A DNA stretch of 64,000 bases from Chiloscyllium plagiosum (taxonomy: Eukaryota): NCBI RefSeq assembly GCF_004010195.1, contig NC_057719.1:56244123-56308122 (forward strand). Reading direction: 5' to 3'. Position numbers and translations under genes: made by a program. Shown one piece after another: positions 63,046-64,000 of the stretch. Positions within the stretch are counted from its first letter, which is position 1; every line of letters starts with the position of its first letter. The notes under the pieces were generated by a model, which ran no database searches, was not told the origin of the DNA, and saw only the letters and a list, made by a program, of their open reading frames with translations.

Positions 63046-64000
63046 GTAAGTGTTTTTACAGTAGAATTGCAGATAATGCCTTACCTGAAGCCAGTTTAAA
63101 TCATGTCATTTCAGAAATGTAGCTTGCTAAACAAAATAAAAATTTGAGTTGTGATCATTTTTTTCCGGTATGTCACTGGTTCATGTATAGAAACAGGATT
63201 TGCAGAATGGCCAGTGTACAGTTATTCTAAAGAAAGAGACTAGCAAGTGGATGATATGGATTGCTGTGTTTTATAAAAACAAGTTATTAAGATGCAAGGC
63301 CAAGTGTGACCCAAGTGCAGGCACCCTTTTTGAAAATCTTATAATGTAAGAGACAGGTGCTGAGTGTAAGATCAAAATATAATGTGATGGGTATAAGATA
63401 TTTGCAGTTCAGAAGTTGTAAAGGGATAGCTGTTTATTGACTAATAACTAGAGAATGATTGTGTTTGAAAGGGAGAAAAGAGCTTTTTGTGGCCTCAAGG
63501 TGAAAGGGATTGTCTTGAGGTGACATTTCTTTTGTCCCCCATTTGGAGTGTGCTAGTAGGGCTGCCAAAATATTGGAACAGTATTAAATCTAGACAGATT
63601 TGGGCCTTGCACAATTTCATTACTAAGATATATAGTGTGTGTAAAGAAATGTTTGTGTTAAAGACCAAATCAAGTTTAAGAGCAGCAAGTCCAGAGGACA
63701 ATTTAAGGGCATTATCTTGTGTTTCAGAAGTCTCAACTTGAATTCTTGGTAGCTCAGCAATTGGTTTTCTGTCAAGAATCTGATTTTTTTTTAATGTCTG
63801 TATTTAGAAATTCTGTTTTTAATAGAAAACAACCTATTAAAATCATTATTGTTTATTCAAATGAGAATGAAATGGAATATACGGAGGACAGACTGCAGAG
63901 AGAAAAATTCGTTAAACCCCTGAACATTGGATGTTAATGATGATATGAGGGGAGCTCAGATTGTTCACATGGTTGAGAATGCAAAGTTAGAATATTCTTT

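Overview
This is eukaryotic (vertebrate) genomic DNA, most likely from a shark; the species class is inferred from HE1-like SINEs, HER1/CR1-like LINEs and abundant Penelope-like elements. Manual exon reconstruction gives three spliced genes in the order known from human: the last four coding exons of GEMIN2 (+, stop at 12246), the complete six-exon TRAPPC6B (-, 42610..21090, 477 nt, 158 aa) and exons 1-8 of PNN/pinin (+, from 49077, running off the window). TRAPPC6B and PNN are head-to-head with separate CpG-rich promoters. Most remaining sequence is decayed CR1, L2-like, RTE and L1/Tx1 LINEs, SINEs, probable solo LTRs and Penelope-like elements, and nearly all of the ORF track is TE-derived or noise. 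The most notable observations: (1) a retroposed precursor tRNA-Ser(GCT), with leader, trailer and TTTT, in an 18-bp target-site duplication (TSD) inside a CR1; (2) at least three Penelope-type repeat families carrying minimal hammerhead ribozyme cores, including tiny (25-163 bp) TSD-flanked insertions; (3) a 1.5-kb TSD-bounded Penelope composite enclosing about 660 bp of non-Penelope DNA; (4) an inverted hammerhead-bearing pair in the TRAPPC6B promoter; (5) a candidate 27/20-nt dual-acceptor microexon in PNN intron 6. All calls are by eye; repeat boundaries are approximate and family names are not database-verified.
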